Source of the DNA: an uncultured Phycisphaerales bacterium
GTDB lineage: Bacteria > Planctomycetota > Phycisphaerae > Tepidisphaerales > Tepidisphaeraceae
DNA: 64,000 nt
NCBI GenBank assembly: GCA_963755915.1
Contig: CAVWLP010000002.1
Location: forward strand, 1,696,001 to 1,760,000
Direction: 5' to 3'
How positions within the stretch are numbered: the stretch's first letter is position 1; each line of letters opens with the position of its first letter. This document shows positions 20,758-29,250 of the stretch, one piece after another. The notes under the pieces are model-generated. The model searched no databases. It saw nothing but the letters and a program-made list of their open reading frames with translations, and was not told the DNA's origin. The translations under genes and the position numbers were made by a program.

Positions 20758-22116
20758 CTATTGGAACGGATCCACCGCCCGGCTCAGGTTCTCAAACCTC
20801 GTGGTTTTGCTCGAGAACGTCAGCTTGATCGTCCCCGTCGGCCCATTGCGCTGCTTGGCGACGATGACCTCCGCGATGTTATCCGGCTGGAAATCCGGCT
20901 CGCTCATGCGGTAATAATCCTCGCGATGCAGCAGCAGGACCACGTCCGCGTCCTGCTCGATGCTGCCCGATTCGCGCAGGTCGCTCATGCGCGGCCGATG
21001 GCCGTCGCGGCCTTCGGTGGCGCGGTTAAGCTGCGAGAGGCAAATCACCGGCACGTTCAGCTCGCGGGCAATCGATTTCATGGCGCGGGAGATTTCGCTG
21101 ATCTGCTGCTGGCGGCTCTCGGAGCCGGGGTTGTGCATGAGCTGCATGTAATCGACCATGATGCACTTCACGTCGTGCTTGAGCTTCAGCCGGCGGGCCT
21201 TGGCGCGAAGTTCCAGGGGCGTCATGCCGGCCGAGTCGTCGACCCAGATCGGGGCTTTGGAGAGTCCCTCGACCGTCTGGGCGAGCTGATGATATTCCGG
21301 CGCGCTCAGCATCCCCCGCCGGACCTTCTGCGCGTCGATGTTCGCCCGCGAGCACATCAAGCGCTGGGCCAACTGCTGCTTGCTCATTTCCAGCGAGAAA
21401 ACGCCGCAGCAAATCTGCGTGTTGGCGGCGATGTGCTCGACGATGTTCATCGCGAAGGCGGTTTTTCCCATGGAGGGGCGGGCAGCGACGATAATCAGCT
21501 CGCCGTTTTGCAGGCCGTTGAGCATGTCGTCCAGCTCGAAGAATCCGCATTCGACTCCGCGGCGGCCCTTATCTTCGAGCATTTCATAAACTTCGTGGGC
21601 GATTTGCCCCAGGCTGCTGATCGATCCGGAGGCTTTTTTTTCGGCGATCTGGAAGATCCGCCGCTCGGCCTTGTCGAGGACCAGGTCGGCTTCCTCATGC
21701 GGGGCGTAGGCGTCGCGAAGGATTTCGTTGCTGGCTTCGATCAGTTGCCGGAGCACCGACTTTTCGCGGACGATTCCGGCGTAGTGCATCCCATGGGCGG
21801 CGGAGGGAACGCTGTTGAGAATCTGCGCGATGTATTCGGCTCCGCCGACTTCTTCCAGCAGGTGGCGCTTGACCAGCTCCTCGAAGAGGATCACCGAATC
21901 GATCGGGCGATTGGCTTCATAAAGCTTGAGCAGCACGTCGAAAATGATCTGATGATCCGGCTGGCAGAACGAATCCCGCGTGATAACCGCGAGCGCCTGC
22001 CCGATCATGTCCTTGTCCAGCATCATGGACGCCAGGACGCACATTTCGGCTTCGATGGAATGGGGAGGCAGGCGATCGAACTGACGTGCTACCGAAGGAT
22101 CAATTAACTGGCTCAT
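20758..22116 (-). CDS. dnaB: Replicative DNA helicase
   Basis: PPHSIEAE, AARPSMGKT, FSLEM, DYMQL, SQLNR, DLRESGSIEQDAD, KQRNGPTG; no intein. Confidence 0.97.
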   Translation of the reverse strand: MSQLIDPSVARQFDRLPPHSIEAEMCVLASMMLDKDMIGQALAVITRDSFCQPDHQIIFDVLLKLYEANRPIDSVILFEELVKRHLLEEVGGAEYIAQILNSVPSAAHGMHYAGIVREKSVLRQLIEASNEILRDAYAPHEEADLVLDKAERRIFQIAEKKASGSISSLGQIAHEVYEMLEDKGRRGVECGFFELDDMLNGLQNGELIIVAARPSMGKTAFAMNIVEHIAANTQICCGVFSLEMSKQQLAQRLMCSRANIDAQKVRRGMLSAPEYHQLAQTVEGLSKAPIWVDDSAGMTPLELRAKARRLKLKHDVKCIMVDYMQLMHNPGSESRQQQISEISRAMKSIARELNVPVICLSQLNRATEGRDGHRPRMSDLRESGSIEQDADVVLLLHREDYYRMSEPDFQPDNIAEVIVAKQRNGPTGTIKLTFSSKTTRFENLSRAVDPFQ

Positions 22117-22170
22117 TGCAGGATTCCCTTCCCGTTGCGAAATCCGTTCAAATTTTTACAACCTGAAAAT

Positions 22171-22198
22171 ATGGTAACCGTCGATGGGCGGTTTACAA
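22171..22198 (-). promoter_or_regulatory. Putative sigma70 promoter of dnaB
   Basis: Minus strand TTGTAA-16 nt-TACCAT. Confidence 0.45.
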
Positions 22199-22226
22199 GA
22201 TTTTTGAACAGCCAATAAAGAGTGAG

Positions 22227-22303
22227 AACCGCGGATTACGCGGATGGGCGCGGATTTAAAAGGCGTTTTCCGTTATCCGTGCCCATCCGTGTAATCCGCG
22301 GTT
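22227..22303. repeat. Inverted nonamer-repeat element
   Basis: AACCGCGGATTACGCGGATGGGCGCGGAT ... ATCCGTGCCCATCCGTGTAATCCGCGGTT. Confidence 0.75.
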
Positions 22304-22337
22304 TTATTCTTTTCGCAGCCCATTCAGCCGGCACCAT

Positions 22338-22382
22338 AAAACAAAAATGCCGGCGGAAGCAGAAGTTGCTTCGCAACCGGCA
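22338..22382 (-). terminator. Intrinsic terminator after rplI
   Basis: Minus strand TGCCGG..GAAGCA-ACTTC-TGCTTC..CCGGCA followed by TTTTTGTTTT. Confidence 0.65.
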
Positions 22383-22431
22383 AGTTTTGCACCGGCGATT
22401 AACAATCCGGCCTTGAAACAATTCAACAGAT

Positions 22432-22971
22432 CTATCGCCGCACGTTCTCGAAATTGCTCGGCGCCGGCGGTTCCGCTGCCTTTGCCTTGGCTGACGCGTC
22501 GATGGCGGCCTTGCTCTCCGCATCGGGGGCGACCCAGACTTTCAGGTCGCTCTCCAGCCCCTCCGCCAGATGAATCTTCACGACGTATTTTTCGATCCGA
22601 TCGAGCTTGCCGGGCAGATAGACGTCGTCGGGATTGATATTGAATCCCTGGCCCTGCAGCGCCTTGGAAATATCGGTGGCGGTGACGGAGCCGAACAGAT
22701 GCCCCTGCTCGTTGGCCTTGCGTTCCAGCGTCACCTCGACGCCGACGAGCTGCTTGATGAGGGATTCCTGCTGATCGCGGCGTTCGCGCTCCTGCCGCTC
22801 GATCTCTTTTCGCCGGGCCTCGATCCGCTTCATGTTGGCCGGTGTCGGTTCGACCGCCAGGCCCTTGGGCAGCAGGCAATTCCTGGCATAGCCGGGCGAG
22901 ACTTCGACCACGTCGCCGACTTTGCCGACGTTCTTAATGCTTTCGTTGAGCAACAATTTTACGTTTGGCAT
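22432..22971 (-). CDS. rplI: 50S ribosomal protein L9
   Basis: GKVGDVVEVSPGYARNCLLPKGLA, LFGSVT. Confidence 0.96.
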   Translation of the reverse strand: MPNVKLLLNESIKNVGKVGDVVEVSPGYARNCLLPKGLAVEPTPANMKRIEARRKEIERQERERRDQQESLIKQLVGVEVTLERKANEQGHLFGSVTATDISKALQGQGFNINPDDVYLPGKLDRIEKYVVKIHLAEGLESDLKVWVAPDAESKAAIDASAKAKAAEPPAPSNFENVRR

Positions 22972-22982
22972 GGTTAGATCCT

Positions 22983-23504
22983 TTAAAACGGGATATCGCT
23001 ATCGTTGAAATGCTTTTCGTCCCCCATGGGCGGCTCTTGGGGCGCCGACTCTTCCGCCGGGGGCGGCGCCGGCCGCTGACCGCGCTGGGGAGGCCTGCCG
23101 GCCGGGCGGCTTTGATCGTCCCCCGAATCGGGGCCACCGCCACTTGCGCCGCCACCTCCACCGCCGCCTTCGCGTCCGCCGAGAAATTGAAAATTCTCGA
23201 CGACGACCCTCAATTTGCTGCGCTTTCCGCCGCCCTGCTTGTCTTCCCATTCATCCAGCTTCAGCCGGCCCTCGACGTAGAGCAGCTTTCCCTTCTGGCA
23301 ATACTGATTGATGACTTCCGCGGTTCGGCCGAAGGCGTTGCAATCGACGAAGCAGACCTCTTCGCGGTCCTCGCCGCTGGCGGCCTTGAACTTGCGATTC
23401 ATCGCCAGCCCGAATTCCACGACCGCCGTCTGGCTCGGCAGATATTTAAGCTGCGGATCGCGGGTGAGGTTTCCGACGAGGATGACTTTATTAACACTGG
23501 CCAT
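22983..23504 (-). CDS. ssb: Single-stranded DNA-binding protein
   Basis: NKVILVGNLTRDP, VEGRL, C-terminal DIPF. Confidence 0.97.
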   Translation of the reverse strand: MASVNKVILVGNLTRDPQLKYLPSQTAVVEFGLAMNRKFKAASGEDREEVCFVDCNAFGRTAEVINQYCQKGKLLYVEGRLKLDEWEDKQGGGKRSKLRVVVENFQFLGGREGGGGGGGASGGGPDSGDDQSRPAGRPPQRGQRPAPPPAEESAPQEPPMGDEKHFNDSDIPF

Positions 23505-23526
23505 AGATCACCTGATTGTGTGAATT

Positions 23527-24018
23527 TTATTCCTTGCCGACGGCTTCGGGCGATTCCTCGCCCCGGCCGCTGCGCGGCGGCCGATCCCGGTCGCGGCGCG
23601 GGCCCGACGGGCGGTCTTCCCATTGCGGGCGGTCCCAGGGATTCCGCTCTTCGCGCGGAATGATGGGCTGCGGTTCGACGGCCGCCATCTCATCGGCGTT
23701 GAGATGATCGGCTTTGGTGACCATCACGCGAAGGATGTCGTCGCTGAGGTTCACGTCGCGCTCGATTGCGGCGATGGCCGGCGGCGGCGCCGTGAAAAAC
23801 GCGATGATGTAGAGCCCGCGCTTTTCCCCGCGGATCTCATACGCCAGCTTGCGCTCGTCCCATTTCTTGAGGACGATGACCTTGCCCTCGTGCCGCTCGA
23901 CGATGCCGCGGACGACTTTCGTCGCCGCATCGATGTCGGTCGCGTGCGCCGAGCCGAGCAGGAACATCGCCTCGTAGGTACCCGCGGCTTTTTCTTCTGT
24001 CTTCTTCGCTTTCGCCAT
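23527..24018 (-). CDS. rpsF: 30S ribosomal protein S6
   Basis: YEAMFLL, WDERKLAYEI..GLY, ILRVMV. Confidence 0.93.
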   Translation of the reverse strand: MAKAKKTEEKAAGTYEAMFLLGSAHATDIDAATKVVRGIVERHEGKVIVLKKWDERKLAYEIRGEKRGLYIIAFFTAPPPAIAAIERDVNLSDDILRVMVTKADHLNADEMAAVEPQPIIPREERNPWDRPQWEDRPSGPRRDRDRPPRSGRGEESPEAVGKE

Positions 24019-24022
24019 AAAA

Positions 24023-24647
24023 TCACGACTCCTTATTGTCGCCTGAATCAGCGTTAAATAAACTCATGACCGTTTCAATATCTTTTTCAATCCATGTCAA
24101 AATTGCCGAAGCCGCCCGTGGCAGCGCCGCATCGACGGCCTTCCGCTGCTCGGGGCTGAACCTTCCCAGGACATAATCGCGTCCCGGAATCCGCGGGGGC
24201 GCCGGATCAATCCCGATCCGCAACCGCGGGTAGGCATCCGTGCCGACGGCCCGCTCGATGTCCTTCAATCCGTTGTGCCCGCCGCTGCTGCCGCCGGAAC
24301 GAATCCGAATCTTCCCGGCCGGCAGGGCCAGATCGTCGAGCACTACCATCATTTCCTTCGGCGCGAGCTGATAAAACTGCCATCGCCGCCTGCACCGATC
24401 GGCCGCTGTCGTTCATATAGGTCGTCGGCTTCAGCAGCAGCAGTTTCTCATATCCGCCGCTGTGAACCGGCGCCGATCCATCCAGCGCCAGTCCGTTGAA
24501 ATTACTTTTTCCCAGTCGGTTAAATTCCTCTTTCTTCGAAATCCATCCGAGCCGAACGGCCAGTTCATCCACGGCTTCCCAGCCAATGTTATGCCGGGTG
24601 CCGTTAAACTCACTGCCCGGATTACCAAGACCGACGACCAGGCGCAT
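24023..24647 (-). CDS. pth: Peptidyl-tRNA hydrolase (frameshift near 24370)
   Basis: VVGLGNPG..TRHNIG, KPTTYMNDSG, DDLALP, GGHNGLKDI, RLRIGI. Confidence 0.93.
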
Positions 24648-24650
24648 CGC

Positions 24651-25334
24651 TTACTTCTTTTCCTTGCGGCTTCCGCGGCCGGCGCTTCGCCCGCGGCCGC
24701 CTCACCTTCCTCGCCTTCAGCCGGCTTGCGGCCGATGACTTCAGGCTCCGCCGCCCCTTCCTCAGGCGCCGCCACAACCACTTCCAGGATCTCCTTCACC
24801 GTGGCGACGATCAGATCGCCATCCTGAAGCACGCGCACGCCCTCGGGAAGCTTCAGATCCTGAATGTGAACGACGTCGTTCAGCGCCATCTCCGAAACAA
24901 TGTGGCGGATCACCTCGGGGATTTCCGTGACCAGGCATTCCACTTCCAGCGAATTGATGATCTGTTGAAGCACCCCGCCGTCGGCTTCGCCCTTGGGCGT
25001 CCCCTTGAGCTCCACCGGAACAGTCACCTTCACCTTTTCGTCAAGGCTCACGCGCGCGAAATCGACGTGGATCACCTCGATGCCCAGGTGATCGAACTGC
25101 ACTTCCTTCACCAGCACCTTTTCGCTTTTGCCGTCGAGAGCCAGATCGAACAGGTGCGCCCCGTGATTCAGATGATCGACGACTTCCTTTCGCGGAAGAC
25201 GTCACGGGAACGATGGCTTCCTTGTGCCCATAAATCACGCCGGGAAGAACGCCCGACTCCCGCAAACGTCGGTTGGCCCGGCTTCCCAGCTCGCTGCGGG
25301 GCTTGGCGGTCACTTGTGCGCTTTTTACTGCCAT
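24651..25334 (-). CDS. rplY: 50S ribosomal protein L25/CTC (frameshifts near 25198 and 24668)
   Basis: RRLRESGVLPGVIYGH, VKEVQFD, HVDF, GGVLQQ, EPEVI. Confidence 0.92.
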
Positions 25335-25358
25335 TGCTGTCTCCTCGAAAAAACTCGC

Positions 25359-26337
25359 TTAAAATCCGTTGGAATCCTTCTTGAACAGTTCGCTGATGCT
25401 CTGGTTGTGGTGAATACGCTGGATCGCCTCGCCGACCAAACCGGCAACGCTCAGCTCCACGAGCCGGTCCTTGATCGTGTCCGCCCGGCTTCCCAGCGGG
25501 ATGGTGTCGGTGACCGCCAGCTTGGTGAACTGGCAATCCGCCAGCCGCTCCATCGCCGGCGGGGCGAAAACCGCGTGCGTCGCCGCGATGTAGATGTCCT
25601 TCGCGCCGTTCTGGCGGAGCACCTGGCACGCGGTCGTGACGGTGCCGCCGGTGGTGATCATGTCGTCGACGATGAGTACGTTTTTGCCCTGCAACATCGC
25701 CGATGACGTGCTTGGCTTCGGTGACGGTGCCGCTCTTGCGGCGTTTATCGATGAAGCAAAGTTCGCCGTTGAGAAGCTCGGCATAAACCTGCGCCCGCTT
25801 CACGTTGCCCACGTCCGGGCTGACGAACACGCGATTGGCGAGCTTCAAGCTCCTGAACCATTTTCCCAGCACCGGCCCGGCGTTGAGATGATCGACGGGA
25901 ATATCAAAAAATCCCTGCACCTGCGCCGCATGCAGATCGACCGCCACCACGCGATCGGCCCCGGCGCGCTCGACAAGATTGGCCACCAGCTTGGCGGTGA
26001 TCGGCGTGCGGCCGGCATGCTTCTGGTCCTGCCGGGCATATCCGAAATACGGAATCACCGCCGTCACCCGCTGGCGCTGGCCCGGCGAAGCGTGTCGATC
26101 CAGATGAACAGCTCCATCAGGTGCGCATTAATCGGATGACACGTCGGCTGGACGATGAAGCAGTCGCGGCCGCGCACGTCTTCCTCCACGCGAACGATCA
26201 GCTCCCCGTCCGGAAACAGTTCCGTCCCCCCTCGGCCAAGCGGAATCTGCAGATAGTCGCAGATCTTCTGCGCCAACTGCGGATTGGCCCGGCCGGTGAA
26301 AACTTTAAGACTGGTCTGGATCGGCTTTTGTTCCCAT
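25359..26337 (-). CDS. prs: Ribose-phosphate pyrophosphokinase (frameshifts near 26070 and 25690)
   Basis: FPDGE..VRGRD, VIPYFGYARQD, DLHAAQVQGFFD, SPDVG, VDDMITTGGT. Confidence 0.95.
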
Positions 26338-26350
26338 GGTCGTTTCCGCG

Positions 26351-27302
26351 TCAAATGCTTCCAGTGACCCTGGTTCCCTCCGGCACGATGCTCCCGCGCG
26401 GCAAATTGGCGAACGGGCCGATCACGCAATCGGCGCCGATCGTGCTGTCGCGGCCGATGAACGAGAACGGCGCGAATCACCGTATCCGGGCCGACGCTGA
26501 CGCCCGCCTCGACATACGTATTGAAGCTGCTGACAATCGTCACGCCGCTTTCGCGAATGGCCCGCTGAATGCGTTCCTGCATGGCGGCGTCCGCCTCCGC
26601 AAGCTGCTGCCGCGTATTGGGTGCGATCACATCTTCCGCCGTGACGGCCTGCACCGCAATCACTTTTTTCCCCGCCTTGCGCAGGATGGCGTAAATATCC
26701 GTCAGGTAATATTCGCCTTTCTTATTCGTGGTTTGTCAGCTTCGACAGCGCCAGCAGCAGGTCCTCGGTGCGGACGCAGTAATAGCTGGGGAAAACCTCG
26801 CGGATTTCGCGCTGCTGGTCGGTGCAGTCGATCTGCTCGACGATTTCGATGAATTCCCCTTTCTCGTCGCGGATGATCCGGCCATAGCCGGTGGGGTCGT
26901 CGAGGATCGCCGTCGCCATGCTGGCCGCGGCCCGGTCGTCATGATGGGCGGCGACCAGCGTCCGCAGGATTTCCGCTCGGATCAGCGGCGTATCGCCGGC
27001 CAGCAGCAAAACGTCCCCACTGTGGCCGCGAAGCAGCGGCTCGCACATCCGGGCGGCGTGCCCGGTGCCAAGCTGCTCAGTCTGCTCGACGAAATGAATC
27101 CGCTTGTCCTTGCCAAATTGCTCGATAATTTCGTCCTTGCCATGCCCGACCACGACCAGAGCGCGACTGACATCCGCCGCGAAGCACGCGTCGAGGATCC
27201 ACCCCAGCATCGGCTTGCCGCACACTTCATGCAGCGGCTTGGGCCGCGCGATTTCATCCGCGTGGATTTGCCCGCGGCGAGGATGATGGCTGTTAGACTC
27301 AT
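26351..27302 (-). CDS. glmU: GlmU-like uridyltransferase with only a stub of the acetyltransferase beta-helix (frameshifts near 27245, 26725, 26480)
   Basis: IILAAGKSTRMKS, EQLGTGHA, GDTPL, DPTGYGRIIRD, EYYLTD; stop at 26351 shortly after GPFANLPRGS. Confidence 0.8.
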
Positions 27303-27306
27303 AAAG

Positions 27307-27433
27307 CGAAAATCCGAAATCCGAAACCAGAATTCCGAATCAAATCCGAATGACGAAACCCGAATTGGTGGCATTCATTCGGTTATTCGGGTTTCGGGTT
27401 TGATTCGTCATTCGAGTTTCGGGCTTCTGGTTT
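27307..27433. repeat. Inverted heptamer-repeat element
   Basis: (AAATCCG)-like units followed by reverse-complement (TTCGGGT)-like units. Confidence 0.7.
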
Positions 27434-27454
27434 CCCGGCCCGGTCGGCCGGTCT

Positions 27455-27525
27455 CTACCCGGCCTGGATTCGAACCAGGACAAAGAGAACCAAAATCTCT
27501 TGTGCTACCGTTACACCACCGGGTA
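27455..27525 (-). tRNA. tRNA-Gln(TTG)
   Basis: Minus strand TACCCGG TGGTGTAACGGTAGCAC AAGAGA-TTTTGGT-TCTCTT .. CCTGGTTCGAATCCAGG CCGGGTAG. Confidence 0.94.
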
Positions 27526-27544
27526 ATAAGCGAATGGCGACAAC

Positions 27545-27725
27545 CGGACCGGGGGATCGGACGCTAAAATGGCCCAACCTCGGGATTCGACGTGACCGTT
27601 CGCGGAAAATCGCAGACTTCTCCCAGGAGCACCCGCCGGTTTAAACCGCGAATTCCGGCCGGTTACGTCTACCCATCCGGCAACGCGCCGGACCTCTCAA
27701 CGAACGCCCCATCGTGGGGGAGAAA
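27545..27725 (-). ncRNA. Candidate 6S-like rod-shaped RNA
   Basis: Nested helices GGGCGUU/AGCGUCC, GGUCC/GGGCC, GACGUAACCG/CGGUCACGUC, GGAAUUCGCGG/CUGCGAUUUUCC around a central internal loop; directly behind a strong promoter. Confidence 0.55.
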
Positions 27726-27730
27726 CCGGA

Positions 27731-27758
27731 ATGGTACGGGTAGCCCTTCCCGTGTCAA
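27731..27758 (-). promoter_or_regulatory. Sigma70 promoter for ncRNA, tRNA-Gln and glmU operon
   Basis: Minus strand TTGACA-16 nt-TACCAT. Confidence 0.75.
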
Positions 27759-27838
27759 GGTTGGCTAATTACCCAAAAAATGCCATCCCCCCGTTTGACT
27801 CCTCGTCAAATCAATGCCGATATGCTAGTTAAATAGCC

Positions 27839-28366
27839 ATGAAAGGCATCGCATTAACGCTATTGGCCGCGCTGCTTCTCGCCCCCGGCGGGGTGGTGCG
27901 GGGGGATGACGATTCGTCGGTTACCTTTAAGAGCTCCAATGGGCAGGTCCAGCTCACCATGCCCGAGGGATGGGTCCAGCAGCAGTCGAGCAATTCCACC
28001 GCGGCCATCGAAGCCCGCAACGACGATTACGACGCCTTCGTGATGGTCCTCATCGAGGACCGCGACGATCCCTACGCGGCACTGGAGGATTACGCCAACA
28101 GCCGGCGCGATGAGGTGCTCTCGCACCTGGTCAAGTCGAAATGCTCAGACGCCGAGTCGCTTGACATGAATGGCAACAAGGCCATCCGCTTCGAAATCCA
28201 CGGCACTTCCGCCAAATCGCAGGAAGACTTCGGGTATTTCCTGTGCATCGTTCAGATGCGGCATCATTACGTGGAAGTGGTTTCCTGGTCGCCGGAGAGA
28301 AGCTTCCCGGCCAATGCCCCGGTGCTGAGGTCGGCGGTGAAGAATGTGGGGTATAACGAGCAGTAG
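27839..28366 (+). CDS. Exported hypothetical protein, possibly PsbP/DcrB-like fold
   Basis: Signal peptide MKGIALTLLAALLLAPGGVVRG; QLTMPEGW motif. Confidence 0.6.
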   Translation: MKGIALTLLAALLLAPGGVVRGDDDSSVTFKSSNGQVQLTMPEGWVQQQSSNSTAAIEARNDDYDAFVMVLIEDRDDPYAALEDYANSRRDEVLSHLVKSKCSDAESLDMNGNKAIRFEIHGTSAKSQEDFGYFLCIVQMRHHYVEVVSWSPERSFPANAPVLRSAVKNVGYNEQ

Positions 28367-28387
28367 GGGTGGGGTATACTATAGATC

Positions 28388-28489
28388 ATGTCGTCAACGA
28401 TCAGACAGACTGTGACGGTTCAGCCGGGCGGTTTGGTCGAGATCCGTTCTCCCGAACTTCGCGAGGGGGACCAGGCCGAAGCCCAGTAG
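28388..28489 (+). pseudogene. Truncated small antitoxin-like gene ended by a REP insertion
   Basis: MSSTIRQTVTVQPGGLVEIRSPELREGDQAEAQ*; stop codon TAG supplied by the GTAG foot of the repeat at 28481; TATACT 7 nt upstream. Confidence 0.45.
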
Positions 28490-28599
28490 GGTGGGCGTAC
28501 TCGCCCATCGTCTCAGTGCGCATTGCGCCCGAAATGCCGTCCGACGAAATTGCAAAGTCCGCGGCCGAGTAATCCAAACGGCCGTTACTCCCACCCTAC
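28481..28599. repeat. REPIN-like element, copy 1
   Basis: GTAGGGTGGGCGTACTCGCCCA ... CCCACCCTAC; direct-repeat partner at 29031. Confidence 0.75.
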
Positions 28600-28670
28600 A
28601 TGACCGGCTTGATCGCGAAAACGTACACGAATATCGCGTGCCCGCCATAGCTAGCGGAAACAAAGACGGC

Positions 28671-28979
28671 TTATATCTTCAGATAAGCCGCTTGCTCCTT
28701 ATCCGGAACCATCCCACATTCCGGACACCGACCCGGCGAACCGCGCAAATCATATCCACAGCCCACGCACTGCCCCGCGTAAAACCGCCGCCAAATTCGC
28801 CGCCGCTGAATCCCCTTCATCGTGCCCACGATGATCAAGGCTGAGATCACCACCCAGATCAGGGCAAAGCCCGCACCGAGTGTCAGGCGCGATCGGAACC
28901 TCTGCGCCACAATCGCAACCGCGATTACCGGCAAATAGACCAGCAGCCATCGAAACGGATATTGCGACCGAGTCCTCAT
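28671..28979 (-). CDS. Two-TM membrane protein with C-terminal Zn ribbon
   Basis: Two hydrophobic helices, RRRIWRR, CVGCGYDLRGSPGRCPECG; TATAAT 8 nt before ATG. Confidence 0.75.
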   Translation of the reverse strand: MRTRSQYPFRWLLVYLPVIAVAIVAQRFRSRLTLGAGFALIWVVISALIIVGTMKGIQRRRIWRRFYAGQCVGCGYDLRGSPGRCPECGMVPDKEQAAYLKI

Positions 28980-29030
28980 CCCCGGCGATTATACCAGCGG
29001 GCGATTACCGGGGGCCGAGAAGAGCGGGCA

Positions 29031-29159
29031 GCCCAGTACGGTGGGCGTACTCGCCCACCATCTCAGGGCACGCTCTGCGGCCGAAATGCCGTTCGGCGAG
29101 ATTGCAAAGTCCGCGGGCGAGCAATCCAAACGATGGGCGATTACGCCCCCCTACGGGGC
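29031..29159. repeat. REPIN-like element, copy 2
   Basis: GTACGGTGGGCGTACTCGCCCACC ... CGAAATGCCGT..ATTGCAAAGTCCGCGG..AATCCAAACG ... GCCCCCCTAC. Confidence 0.75.
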
Positions 29160-29250
29160 TTACCACTAAGAGAAATTTTTCTACGCACGCACAAATACCG
29201 GATCAGCGCCGCGGCCCATGTTCCGAACCTACGAACATCGAGGTTCGTTC

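Noticed and set aside
24023-27302. Programmed frameshifting or pseudogenisation of pth, rplY, prs, glmU
   Set aside because: No shared slippery site or stimulatory structure, shifts occur throughout the window, and the genes are essential; sequencing indels are simpler
28481-29159. CRISPR array
   Set aside because: Only two long repeats separated by a gene; no regular repeat-spacer period and no cas genes
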